Virus record (IMG/VR): IMGVR_UViG_3300037313_000197 | Span: 62,891 to 126,890 of that record | Origin: a virus | Direction: 5' to 3' (one strand) | Length of the DNA stretch: 64,000 nucleotides | Part shown: positions 34,431 through 42,313 of the stretch, piece by piece | Layout: each line of letters begins with the position of its first letter | Numbering within the stretch: the stretch's first letter is position 1 | Translations under genes and position numbers: made by a program | The notes under the pieces: model-generated | Databases searched by the model: none | What the model was told of the DNA's origin: nothing | The model's input: only the letters and a program-made list of their open reading frames with translations

Positions 34431-34834
34431 GCTTCGTTATTTTCTCTCAACGTTACACCAAGGAATAGATAGGCGTTGAAGATCATGATAGGAAGAATAA
34501 GCAGAATCACCGTGACTGCATTTCCAATAAAGATAAATGTTAGAAGGCCGAATACCCACAAAAGAAAGGCAACAAATGATCCCCACTTAACTGCTACTTC
34601 GTGGCCGGTAGCCATTCCATACATTTTAATTAGACCAGTTGCTACAAGACCACCGGCCCAGAAATAGCCATTGAGCGGTAGATGGGCAAGCAAATCTTGA
34701 ACCTCTGGTCCACCACCAATAATCATGAGAAGCAGAATAGCAGCAGAGACGGTGGATACGATAATCCACAGCCAAGAAGATACGCTGTATCTTGCATTCA
34801 AGATACGTCTGATAAACTGCCTTACTGCAATCAT
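34427..34834 (-). CDS. Four-TM membrane protein
   Basis: Four hydrophobic segments. Confidence 0.7.
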   Translation of the reverse strand: MIAVRQFIRRILNARYSVSSWLWIIVSTVSAAILLLMIIGGGPEVQDLLAHLPLNGYFWAGGLVATGLIKMYGMATGHEVAVKWGSFVAFLLWVFGLLTFIFIGNAVTVILLILPIMIFNAYLFLGVTLRENNEA

Positions 34835-34899
34835 ATTCTTAGTTTAACACTGAACGTGTTATTTTACTACTTCTTTGTAGTTGAGTATTGGTACTTAAA

Positions 34900-34975
34900 T
34901 GGGAGCGGACCACTGAGTCGAACAGTCGATTTCCAGATTATGAGTCTGGCGAGACACCCTTTCTCCATTGCCGCT
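34900..34975 (-). tRNA. tRNA-Met(CAT), copy 1
   Basis: CCAGA-CTCATAA-TCTGG, encoded CCA, two mismatches in the inner acceptor stem. Confidence 0.75.
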
Positions 34976-34977
34976 AG

Positions 34978-35047
34978 TGGCGCGTCGGGGATTTGAACCC
35001 ACGCTGTCATTCCTTATGAGAGAATGCTGTCGCCGTAGACCCGCGCC
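34978..35047 (-). tRNA. tRNA-Met(CAT), copy 2, short D-arm
   Basis: GGCGCGG/ACGCGCC region, ATTCT-CTCATAA-GGAAT, TTCAAAT. Confidence 0.75.
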
Positions 35048-35052
35048 AAAAG

Positions 35053-35124
35053 CACCCCCTGAGAGAATCGAACTCCCATCTGCGACTTAGAAGATCGCGG
35101 CCCTATCCATTAGACGAAGGGGGC
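35053..35124 (-). tRNA. tRNA-Arg(TCT)
   Basis: GCCCCCT/AGGGGGT-G73, loop CTTCTAA. Confidence 0.92.
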
Positions 35125-35135
35125 ATGTACCACTA

Positions 35136-35165
35136 ATTCTAACAGGGTAGTGGTGATCCTGTCAA
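35136..35165 (-). promoter_or_regulatory. Sigma70-type promoter for Arg/Met/Met
   Basis: TTGACA-18-TAGAAT. Confidence 0.7.
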
Positions 35166-35167
35166 GG

Positions 35168-35548
35168 CTATACTTCTTCGAACTTATTTCGTGCTGCACT
35201 TACCACCGAGTCGATATTGCCAAAGAACGAAAACATTCCACGAATAAGGGCATAGATAAGATAGAGAACACCGAGAACGAAGGACAGAGGGAGAAGAAGA
35301 ATTGCAAAGAAGACTCCAAGTGCGATAAGAAACTCCTTGGCCGCTTCCTTCTCTGCCTCACAGCGCTGAACATAAAGGGACTTGTTCTGTCGCGGCGTCT
35401 TCATCCGTCCACTCTGGACCCGCTTCCACTTACCGAACAACTGCACAGGATTTAGGTCGTCCGAAGAAGAAATAATCCAAAAGACAATCTGCCCGAAGCC
35501 TCCGAGCACCGCCCAGAGAATGAGCACTACAAGAATAAAGGTTTCCAT
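35168..35548 (-). CDS. Membrane protein
   Basis: Two TM segments flanking a charged loop. Confidence 0.65.
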   Translation of the reverse strand: METFILVVLILWAVLGGFGQIVFWIISSSDDLNPVQLFGKWKRVQSGRMKTPRQNKSLYVQRCEAEKEAAKEFLIALGVFFAILLLPLSFVLGVLYLIYALIRGMFSFFGNIDSVVSAARNKFEEV

Positions 35549-35591
35549 CAGCGTCCTTCTTCCTCATGAATGCGTGCGTGGTCAACGAGGC

Positions 35592-35789
35592 TCAAAATCG
35601 TTCAAGCCCATTATCAGTGTTTGTCTTATTAGAAGCAATCGCCTTAGCAATCGCAACAAGACCGGTCTCTACTGCATTGGCGAGAGCAAATAGGCCGGTG
35701 GCAATGGCTGCCTCACCCGCCTGCTGACTACCGCCCCACTGAGAGTTGTCCTGAATCTTACGAACTGCATCATTACTAACGTTAATCAT
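35592..35789 (-). CDS. Hypothetical Ala-rich protein
   Basis: RBS GGGAG. Confidence 0.55.
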   Translation of the reverse strand: MINVSNDAVRKIQDNSQWGGSQQAGEAAIATGLFALANAVETGLVAIAKAIASNKTNTDNGLERF

Positions 35790-35790
35790 A

Positions 35791-36174
35791 CTACTCTCCC
35801 TTTAGCGAGTCGAAAATCTTAAAGCAATTTGAAAGAAGCATTGCAGCGTAGCCTAGCACCTTGAAGACAACATATCCAAGAGCGCCAAGTGCCACAAGGG
35901 GCCAGAAAGGAACAACAAGTGCTCCACCCAACTTTTGCATCAGGTACTTTGCCGCATAGTGCTCTTCCTTGCGGTAATGTGGATACATGGGACTGTTCTT
36001 GTCTGTTCCCACCCGGCGATTGTATGCCTTCTGCCAATCCTTGAACTGGCCCCAAAAGTTACCAGCAGAACGGAACCATCCATTTCCGTCAACAGTAATT
36101 GCATATGCTCCAAAGCCAAGGTAGAAATACAGAATCAATAGCAAAAATAGTAGGAAACCAAGTTCGCCGCCCAT
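35791..36174 (-). CDS. Membrane protein
   Basis: Two TM segments, FWPL motif shared with its neighbour. Confidence 0.65.
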   Translation of the reverse strand: MGGELGFLLFLLLILYFYLGFGAYAITVDGNGWFRSAGNFWGQFKDWQKAYNRRVGTDKNSPMYPHYRKEEHYAAKYLMQKLGGALVVPFWPLVALGALGYVVFKVLGYAAMLLSNCFKIFDSLKGE

Positions 36175-36527
36175 TATCGTCCCTCTTCCTCTCGGATACG
36201 TGCATAGTCAATAACTATTGTGTTGGTCATGCTGCTGTTCTTCTCGGTGAGTCTTTCCCACGCAGCAAGGCCAAGCATAGCAGGGATACTAATGGGCCAC
36301 AAGATCATGGCACCGGCGAGTGCAAGAGCGCTCTCGACTCCCCTTTTTGCTGACTGGTAAGCCTGCCAAGTCATTTCCTCGTCGTGCCACTGGACGGCAG
36401 GATGGTCAGGAAACTCACGCACAAAAGCGCGGTACCGAACTACTCCCAGATACTCAGCGAACTCACGACGGCTTCCGTAGAGGCTACCAGCAACCAAACC
36501 CACTGTGATAACCAGTAGAGTAATCAT
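36174..36527 (-). CDS. Membrane protein
   Basis: Two TM segments, LWPI motif, RBS AAGGAG. Confidence 0.65.
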   Translation of the reverse strand: MITLLVITVGLVAGSLYGSRREFAEYLGVVRYRAFVREFPDHPAVQWHDEEMTWQAYQSAKRGVESALALAGAMILWPISIPAMLGLAAWERLTEKNSSMTNTIVIDYARIREEEGR

Positions 36528-36557
36528 AATTGCTCCTTGTCGTTGTTGTTGAGTGAG

Positions 36558-36586
36558 AGTCTATCGGTACCGCGCCCTGCGGTCAA
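36558..36586 (-). promoter_or_regulatory. Sigma70-type promoter
   Basis: TTGACC-17-TAGACT. Confidence 0.6.
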
Positions 36587-36743
36587 GCCTCACTTCTTCT
36601 TGAACTTCTTATAAAGAACGATTGCTGAAAGCACCAACTGCGCTAGACTTAGCGCCTTCTGTGCCTTGGATACCTTGTCGTTCTTCTCTACATAAGCGCT
36701 AGAGGGACGCTTTACATTAACTGCTTCCCACTGCATCCCGCGA

Positions 36744-37031
36744 TTATCCATTAATGTCATCCTCCGTAATCGTAAATTGCTTTACTGCTGTCATGGCATC
36801 TCTGTCTGCTACAAGGCTCTTGATCTTCTCACAGGCTACCGCCCGAGCATCCTCTTCTGTACCGCCAAAGTCCTGACGCCATACAGCACTTCTGCTGTAC
36901 TCAACGTCCGGGGCAGCGACGAAATACTTTACGTCCTCAACAACCAATGTCCACAAGTTCTTGCCCTGCGGAGTGACAGTTGCAATATACTTACACGTTG
37001 TCTTGGCGTTGTCATTTGCTGCAATGCTCAA
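36744..37031 (-). CDS. Hypothetical protein
   Basis: TTG start, 4-nt overlap with the esterase gene. Confidence 0.55.
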   Translation of the reverse strand: MSIAANDNAKTTCKYIATVTPQGKNLWTLVVEDVKYFVAAPDVEYSRSAVWRQDFGGTEEDARAVACEKIKSLVADRDAMTAVKQFTITEDDING

Positions 37032-37861
37032 TTTGTCTTACTCCTTAACCATGTAATCATGTTGTTCCAACGTACCATATCGTCTTGGCCGGTGCCAGTC
37101 AGCATAGTCTCATCATGACCTCTACCGGCGACCTTAACAGTCACGTGTTCTTGTCCTGCTTTTGTTAGCCAGTATTCAATGGCATCAATTGTTGATGGTG
37201 GTACAGCCTCATCAGAATCCCCCTGAACGGCATAAAACGGTGGCTTTTCTGCTCCAAAGTATGTCTCTGGCTTAAAGGAATTCCATGCTGCTCCTGCATT
37301 ACCCCATGTAGGCTCATAGGAATAACCAAGTGCCGCACAAGCGTATCCAAACAACTTGACAACTGTAGGAGTGCACATGTCATTGCCCCAACCACCATTC
37401 ATAGAAACATCTGCTAGGCGGTGCGGCTGCAAGACACCAGAGCATGTTACTACCGCTCTAACACTATTGTAATATCCTGATACAACTGCTGCAACATGTC
37501 CACCGGCGCTGAATCCGTAAAGTGCCACACGGCTAGGATTTAGACCAAACTTAGAAGCATTGGCCTTAAACCAATTAGTTGCTAGTGCAGCATCGATTCT
37601 CTGATACGGCCAGCGCCATCCCTTGTTCGATCCGTTATCAGAAACGAGCCGGTAGTTAATATTAAATACAACAAATCCCGCTGCATAGAACATTTCAGAA
37701 ATCTTAGTCGATGCTTCCTTTGAAGCATTAGCCCAAGAACCTCCATGGATTACAACAATGCCGGGACGTGAATTTGCCGACCAAGAATCGTCGTAATAAA
37801 CGTCTCCATTCTGGTCGGCATCGTCGGTGTAATAATTAAAAGTTTGAATTTGTTTTGTCAT
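37028..37861 (-). CDS. Alpha/beta-hydrolase (HSL-type esterase)
   Basis: IHGGSW oxyanion hole, GFSAGG nucleophile, QGDSDEAVP, GHD; start trimmed to MTKQIQ below the Lys tRNA. Confidence 0.88.
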   Translation of the reverse strand: MTKQIQTFNYYTDDADQNGDVYYDDSWSANSRPGIVVIHGGSWANASKEASTKISEMFYAAGFVVFNINYRLVSDNGSNKGWRWPYQRIDAALATNWFKANASKFGLNPSRVALYGFSAGGHVAAVVSGYYNSVRAVVTCSGVLQPHRLADVSMNGGWGNDMCTPTVVKLFGYACAALGYSYEPTWGNAGAAWNSFKPETYFGAEKPPFYAVQGDSDEAVPPSTIDAIEYWLTKAGQEHVTVKVAGRGHDETMLTGTGQDDMVRWNNMITWLRSKTN

Positions 37862-37862
37862 G

Positions 37863-37948
37863 TGAATGGGGAGGGATTTGAACCCCCGGTGGCGTTTCCG
37901 CTCTTGATTAAAAGTCAAGCCCAATCGACCATGCTCTGGCACCCATTC
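37863..37948 (-). tRNA. tRNA with a Lys(TTT) anticodon on a class II scaffold
   Basis: GAATGGG/CCCATTC-A73, 3-bp D stem CCA/TGG, loop CTTTTAA, variable arm GCG-GAAA-CGC. Confidence 0.85.
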
Positions 37949-37965
37949 ATTCTTTATATCCCACG

Positions 37966-38038
37966 TACGCCATGACGGGCTCGAACCGCCGACAAACCGA
38001 TTAAGAGTCGGTCACTCTACCAACTGAGTTAATGGCGC
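37966..38038 (-). tRNA. tRNA-Lys(CTT), canonical
   Basis: GCGCCAT/ATGGCGT-A73, loop CTCTTAA. Confidence 0.92.
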
Positions 38039-38043
38039 ATAAG

Positions 38044-38129
38044 AGGATCGGGTGGGATTTGAACCCACGAAGGCTCTAGGCCGCTTGATTAAGAGTCAAG
38101 TCCAATTAACCGTGCTCTGGCACCGATCC
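38044..38129 (-). tRNA. tRNA with a Lys(CTT) anticodon on a class II scaffold
   Basis: GGATCGG/CCGATCC-T73, 3-bp D stem, loop CTCTTAA, variable arm GGC-CTAGA-GCC. Confidence 0.85.
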
Positions 38130-38199
38130 ATTGACAGGCTAGATGGGAAGATACCTGTCAGCCCTCTACTAAAAATACCATCGGGCTAAATTTATTTAT

Positions 38200-38355
38200 T
38201 TAGAGCCTACTTCTGTTTGTAAATGCTCCGACAATCCACAGAATAACTCCAATAACAATTAGAATCAATCCAATAGTTACAAGAACTGAGACTGCCTTGA
38301 CAAGTAGACCAACGATTAGAAGAAACAATCCTAGTCCGATCAAACCACCAAACAT
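38200..38355 (-). CDS. Small two-TM membrane protein (51 aa)
   Basis: Hand translation MFGGLIGLGLFLLIVGLLVKAVSVLVTIGLILIVIGVILWIVGAF.., RBS GGGAGG. Confidence 0.7.
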   Translation of the reverse strand: MFGGLIGLGLFLLIVGLLVKAVSVLVTIGLILIVIGVILWIVGAFTNRSRL

Positions 38356-38383
38356 TTGTACCTCCCTTTTAGGCTTTCGCCCG

Positions 38384-38455
38384 TGGACACGTGTGGGATT
38401 CGAACCCCTCTAATTCATTGCAAGTGAAATGTGCTCCCATTACACTACACGGCCC
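38384..38455 (-). tRNA. tRNA-Ala(TGC), copy 1, imperfect stems
   Basis: G3:U70, loop CTTGCAA, bulged acceptor. Confidence 0.75.
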
Positions 38456-38519
38456 TCGTGCCTTTTAACGTCATGCTCGGGACGGTCTCGTCGCACTAGC
38501 CTCATGCGAGTCAACAACG

Positions 38520-38591
38520 TGGAGATGATGGGATTCGAACCCACATATGCTTGCTTGCAAAGCAAGTGCTTCCCTATCAGGCCACATCCCC
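38520..38591 (-). tRNA. tRNA-Ala(TGC), copy 2
   Basis: GGGGATG/CATCTCC-A73 with G3:U70, loop TTTGCAA. Confidence 0.9.
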
Positions 38592-38918
38592 ATTGCTACT
38601 AGTCAAGCGTATCAGAGTCAGTAGTCTGAGTCAAATACTGCTTGCAAGTAGAGCAGATTGGAATTCCAACTGGATCTTCGTCCCAAAGTATCTCATCGAT
38701 AGCCTCTTCACCGAAACACTTGATCTGCACCCCGCAGATCAGTGTAACGTTTTCATCTAAGAGCATTTTATTCCTTGATCTGTACGTCTACTACCTCGAC
38801 ACCGCATTCTTCGCCGGTATCGAACATATCGTGTAGTATGTCCTTTGCGTCTGACTTGTCAAATGCTTCGACAACGACCTTCAAACATACTTCAAATTCG
38901 TGCTTTTCCATGTACCCA

Positions 38919-39296
38919 TTATACCTTGGCTCGTTTATGAGTTCTAAATCTATGACAATTCGAACACACGATATCACATTTAGCGATTTCAGCCAACAGC
39001 ATTTCTAGAGACACCTTGCCATACATCTGTGAAATGTTGAACGACTTGTCAGAAAGGTGATCGAAGTCCATAACGTAATATGGATAATTCAGTTTACAGT
39101 CAGCACATGGAGACTCTTCCTTGATTTGCTGAACCGTTGCTCTCTGCATGTCCCGCCAGTTAGCAGCCTTGTCAACGTAATACTTTTTGTTGGCTTTGTA
39201 ATGCTCCCTGACATATTCACGGTGATGCGTTTTGCACATTGTTGACCTAGATGCTAGGTCTGTGCTATCACAATCATCAACTTTACACTGTTTCAT
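38919..39296 (-). CDS. Small HNH endonuclease
   Basis: CADC..YYVMDFDH..KCDIVCSNCHRFRT. Confidence 0.88.
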   Translation of the reverse strand: MKQCKVDDCDSTDLASRSTMCKTHHREYVREHYKANKKYYVDKAANWRDMQRATVQQIKEESPCADCKLNYPYYVMDFDHLSDKSFNISQMYGKVSLEMLLAEIAKCDIVCSNCHRFRTHKRAKV

Positions 39297-39345
39297 ATAT
39301 GGAATTATATCACGCTACGAACTAACTATCAAATTCGTAGCAACG

Positions 39346-39419
39346 TACAGGTAGAGGGATTCGAACCCCCAAGTCTCTTGGTTCGTAGCCAAGTGTTTTC
39401 TCCGTTAAACTATACCTGC
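39346..39419 (-). tRNA. tRNA-Arg(ACG)
   Basis: GCAGGTA/TACCTGT, loop CTACGAA. Confidence 0.92.
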
Positions 39420-39420
39420 G

Positions 39421-39492
39421 CGCCCTGTCACGGTATCGCACCGTGTAACTTTCGGGTTTCAACCGAACGCCTCACTTTTTAGCCTACAGGGC
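39421..39492 (-). tRNA. tRNA-Phe(GAA)
   Basis: GCCCTGT/ACAGGGC, loop TTGAAAC, T-loop TGCGATA. Confidence 0.82.
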
Positions 39493-39620
39493 ATGAAGAC
39501 ATTTCCTACACACACGAAGCCTCTCCTAAAACTTGCTCCGCAGCCTCACAGTTCCACCCTCGGAAATGTCCTTTAAATTTGCCGGGGCGAAAACTCAACG
39601 AATTCGCGCCGGTATATACG

Positions 39621-39649
39621 AGTCTACAGGACTTATTTTAGCCTGTCAA
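39621..39649 (-). promoter_or_regulatory. Sigma70-type promoter
   Basis: TTGACA-17-TAGACT. Confidence 0.7.
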
Positions 39650-39657
39650 ACTCAGTG

Positions 39658-39891
39658 TTACCAGAAAACACCAACTTTTAGAATATCTTCCTCGGCCAAG
39701 TCCTCATATTCCCCCGCCTCAATGTCCTCGGGATGCAGAGTCGTCCACTCGTCCCCATCAAAGTAAGCCTTTTCTGGCGTTCCAAGAGAAGCCTCACGAT
39801 ACGAGTTTCCCTCTTCATCAGAAGACACAAGGAAAATATCATCATCGTCATAAAACTGGTCTAGAATTTGGATAAGTTCTCTTTTAGTCAT
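39658..39891 (-). CDS. Acidic hypothetical protein
   Basis: SSDEEGNSY motif; RBS GGAGG. Confidence 0.6.
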   Translation of the reverse strand: MTKRELIQILDQFYDDDDIFLVSSDEEGNSYREASLGTPEKAYFDGDEWTTLHPEDIEAGEYEDLAEEDILKVGVFW

Positions 39892-40397
39892 TCTTCCTCC
39901 TGTACACCGGGCGGTGCGTTGAACCATGCGTGATTTTTGTCAGCACTGTTAGTTACAAATTCAATTGCAAAGTCATGTAGGGTAGGATCAAACCTACCGT
40001 TAGACTCCATTTCCCGTAAGTTTAACCATAGTCTCCATGCATGACGACGACGTTTGAAATCATCATCTTCTACACCGGCCAGCCAGAAAGACTTTATAGT
40101 CCGCTTATAAGTATCCCTTACATGAGTCATGTTTGGAACATAAGTTTCTCTAATGCCTTCGATCTTATCAACAGTAGCCATTTGAGAGAACATTGCTTCT
40201 AGATACTGCGGAACTCCCTTATCACAATAGAGAAGAAACCGGTCAAGAGAAGACTTTACAACATCGTCTGTACCGACGATCTTTTGCTTAGGCTTGAACT
40301 TATCGTATCCATAAACTTCAAACCTGTCGTGGTCTGAATTGGTATGGTTCAAGCCATATAGCCTAGAGCCATGGGGCGTTGAAAAGATAAGTTCCAT
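39888..40397 (-). CDS. Predicted nucleotidyltransferase (Pol-beta superfamily)
   Basis: HGSRLYGLNHTNSDHDRFEV. Confidence 0.8.
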   Translation of the reverse strand: MELIFSTPHGSRLYGLNHTNSDHDRFEVYGYDKFKPKQKIVGTDDVVKSSLDRFLLYCDKGVPQYLEAMFSQMATVDKIEGIRETYVPNMTHVRDTYKRTIKSFWLAGVEDDDFKRRRHAWRLWLNLREMESNGRFDPTLHDFAIEFVTNSADKNHAWFNAPPGVQEEE

Positions 40398-40403
40398 GGT
40401 TCC

Positions 40404-40736
40404 TCACTTATAAATACCGGGCCTTCGAACAGCCTTGCCAATCGTGGCCGTACTAACATTAAACTCTGATGCAAGAGCAGCATGTGACTCACCGGCCTTG
40501 TTGCGCTTACCAATTTCAAGAGCCTGATCGTACGTCAACTTGCGGAAACTCTTAGCCTTCTCCCGAAGTTCTTTAATCTCCTGCTGGTACGAGTTCTTGT
40601 TGGCCCTTCTGACGTAGAGTTCTTTTCGAGCCTGATCGCAGTAGTCGTAGAAAAGATTCGGGCTGTCACGGCGCGGGGAGAAAGCGGAGATGCTGTGATA
40701 GTCCCTACAACCACGGCAATATTTATCCTTGTACAT
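40404..40736 (-). CDS. Zn-binding plus helix-turn-helix protein (possible endonuclease remnant)
   Basis: CRGC..FSPR..C; SHAALASEFNVSTATIGKAV. Confidence 0.6.
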   Translation of the reverse strand: MYKDKYCRGCRDYHSISAFSPRRDSPNLFYDYCDQARKELYVRRANKNSYQQEIKELREKAKSFRKLTYDQALEIGKRNKAGESHAALASEFNVSTATIGKAVRRPGIYK

Positions 40737-40828
40737 TGTTGCCTCCTTAGGTCTGTTTCCAACAGCCTATCGAACAGAGATAACAGTGTCAATAGCAACG
40801 CCCACGCGGTATGCGTGGGCGTCAGGGG

Positions 40829-40911
40829 CGGAAGGTGAGGGAGTCGAACCCACATCGGTTTTACCCTTAGCAGTTTTCAAGACTGTGTGCTACGCCAATT
40901 GCCGACCTTCC
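40829..40911 (-). tRNA. tRNA-Ser(TGA)
   Basis: GGAAGGT/ACCTTCC-G73, loop CTTGAAA, long variable arm. Confidence 0.9.
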
Positions 40912-40932
40912 ATTGGGCCGAAGCCCTTTTTA

Positions 40933-41160
40933 TTACTTTTCGAAATGCAAATGGTTTCCGGTTGAATTTCCTTCTGAACCAATTCTATCTGTTGAAACGT
41001 TGAATGTGTACTGTGGGTATGTTACATATTCGTATTCGGTAGTCGTTGTCTTACTGACCAACTTACCGTCTTCGTAAACCTCTGTTACCGTTACCTTTGA
41101 TACCTTCTGGGTGTTTCCACTTTGCCCTACGACAAAGCCACCATTTCTATATTCATACAT
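40933..41160 (-). CDS. Hypothetical protein
   Basis: ORF between tRNAs. Confidence 0.5.
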   Translation of the reverse strand: MYEYRNGGFVVGQSGNTQKVSKVTVTEVYEDGKLVSKTTTTEYEYVTYPQYTFNVSTDRIGSEGNSTGNHLHFEK

Positions 41161-41244
41161 AATCTTTTTCAGTACCTCTACCCAGATATGATCTGGGCTT
41201 CACACCTTATAAGAGTGCTGAGGCCACCGGCCTCCCTAGAGGCA

Positions 41245-41320
41245 TGGTAGACGAGAAGGGACTTGAACCCTAATTACATGGTGTGTAAAACCATTGCATT
41301 ACCATATATGCTACTCGTCC
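41245..41320 (-). tRNA. tRNA-Val(TAC)
   Basis: GGACGAG/CTCGTCT-A-CCA, loop TTTACAC. Confidence 0.92.
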
Positions 41321-41352
41321 ATAACCAGTGTAAGGCACTGGCACCTATTTTG

Positions 41353-41655
41353 TCAAACTCCGTCAGGGCTTACAGCAAGCGTAGCCTCTTCAATAAGAGC
41401 CTTTAGCGTAGTCGCCAACTTGATAATCTCAACAGAAGCCTGATCGTTTCCGGTAAGACCGAGAACAAGAGCGTTCTGAGCAGATACAGCAACGAGAACA
41501 GAAACAACACCAACGTTTAGGTAAATCTCGCCACCCTCGCCCTTTGTTGCAAAGGCAGTGCCAAAGTCCTTATGAACAGACTCAGCAACCTCACCGGCAG
41601 CCGCAATAAACTCTTCCGGGTCAGACAGGTTATACTTCTCTAGATCAACAGCCAT
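41353..41655 (-). CDS. Hypothetical protein
   Basis: RBS AAGGAG before MAVDLEK. Confidence 0.65.
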   Translation of the reverse strand: MAVDLEKYNLSDPEEFIAAAGEVAESVHKDFGTAFATKGEGGEIYLNVGVVSVLVAVSAQNALVLGLTGNDQASVEIIKLATTLKALIEEATLAVSPDGV

Positions 41656-41689
41656 TGTTGGCTCCTTTGTTAATTGGTTACATCTAACG

Positions 41690-41762
41690 TACCCACGGGA
41701 GGTACTGCCCCTCCACCGCTTCTTTATCAGAGAAGCATCCAGCACTTCTAGAACACGTGGGC
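41690..41762 (-). tRNA. tRNA-Ile(GAT), non-canonical T-loop
   Basis: GCCCACG/CGTGGGT-A73, CTTCT-CTGATAA-AGAAG, T-arm GGAGG-GGCAGTA-CCTCC. Confidence 0.8.
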
Positions 41763-41871
41763 TTAAAGGTAATTGCTAGAGGCTGACGGTGGACGCCTTT
41801 TTCGCTTAACCTAGGTACGCGCTCAACTTTCCGTCAAGTTGCCTAGGAGGTACATTACCAATACCTGTGGG

Positions 41872-41945
41872 TCTGGCTAGAAGGATTTGAACCTCCGACC
41901 TCTTGAATCCAAATCAAGCACGCTACCAAACTGCGCTACAGCCAG
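41872..41945 (-). tRNA. tRNA-Pro(TGG), copy 1
   Basis: C1:G72, A73, loop TTTGGAT. Confidence 0.92.
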
Positions 41946-41956
41946 ATAAAACAACG

Positions 41957-42030
41957 TACGGATGGTCAGACTTGAACTGACAGTCTCTGCACCCCAAATG
42001 CAGCGGATTAGCCGATTTTCCCACACCCGT
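41957..42030 (-). tRNA. tRNA-Pro(TGG), copy 2
   Basis: ACGGGTG/CATCCGT-A73, loop TTTGGGG. Confidence 0.82.
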
Positions 42031-42144
42031 ATAGAATCCTATAAAGGCGATTCAATTCCTTTTCAGAGCGCATTAGCAATGCTTCGGACTACACCGGGCG
42101 GGATGAATGCTTATCGAGCGTTCCCCATTTCCTTCTCTCTAACG

Positions 42145-42217
42145 CGAGCCTGACGGGAGTTGAACCCGCTCCATACACCGTGACAGGGTGATATCTTAAC
42201 CGTTTGACCTCAGGCCC
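42145..42217 (-). tRNA. tRNA-Asp(GTC)
   Basis: GGGCCTG/CAGGCTC-G73, loop CTGTCAC. Confidence 0.92.
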
Positions 42218-42241
42218 ATAGAATGTTATTTAGTTTTAGAG

Positions 42242-42313
42242 CATGCCACCTAGGAGTCGAACCCAGTTTTGAATCGGGTTGGAGCCGATTTGCCTATCCG
42301 TTGGCTGTGACAT
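42242..42313 (-). tRNA. tRNA-Trp(CCA)
   Basis: ATGTCAC/GTGGCAT-G73, loop CTCCAAC; 5' end overlaps the HNH 3' end. Confidence 0.82.

Noticed and set aside
37862-37942. N-terminal extension of the esterase ORF
   Set aside because: It coincides with the class II tRNA-Lys(TTT).
42031-42144. Hidden tRNA between Pro and Asp
   Set aside because: Only short AAGCATT repeats and weak stems; no 7-bp acceptor or anticodon arm.
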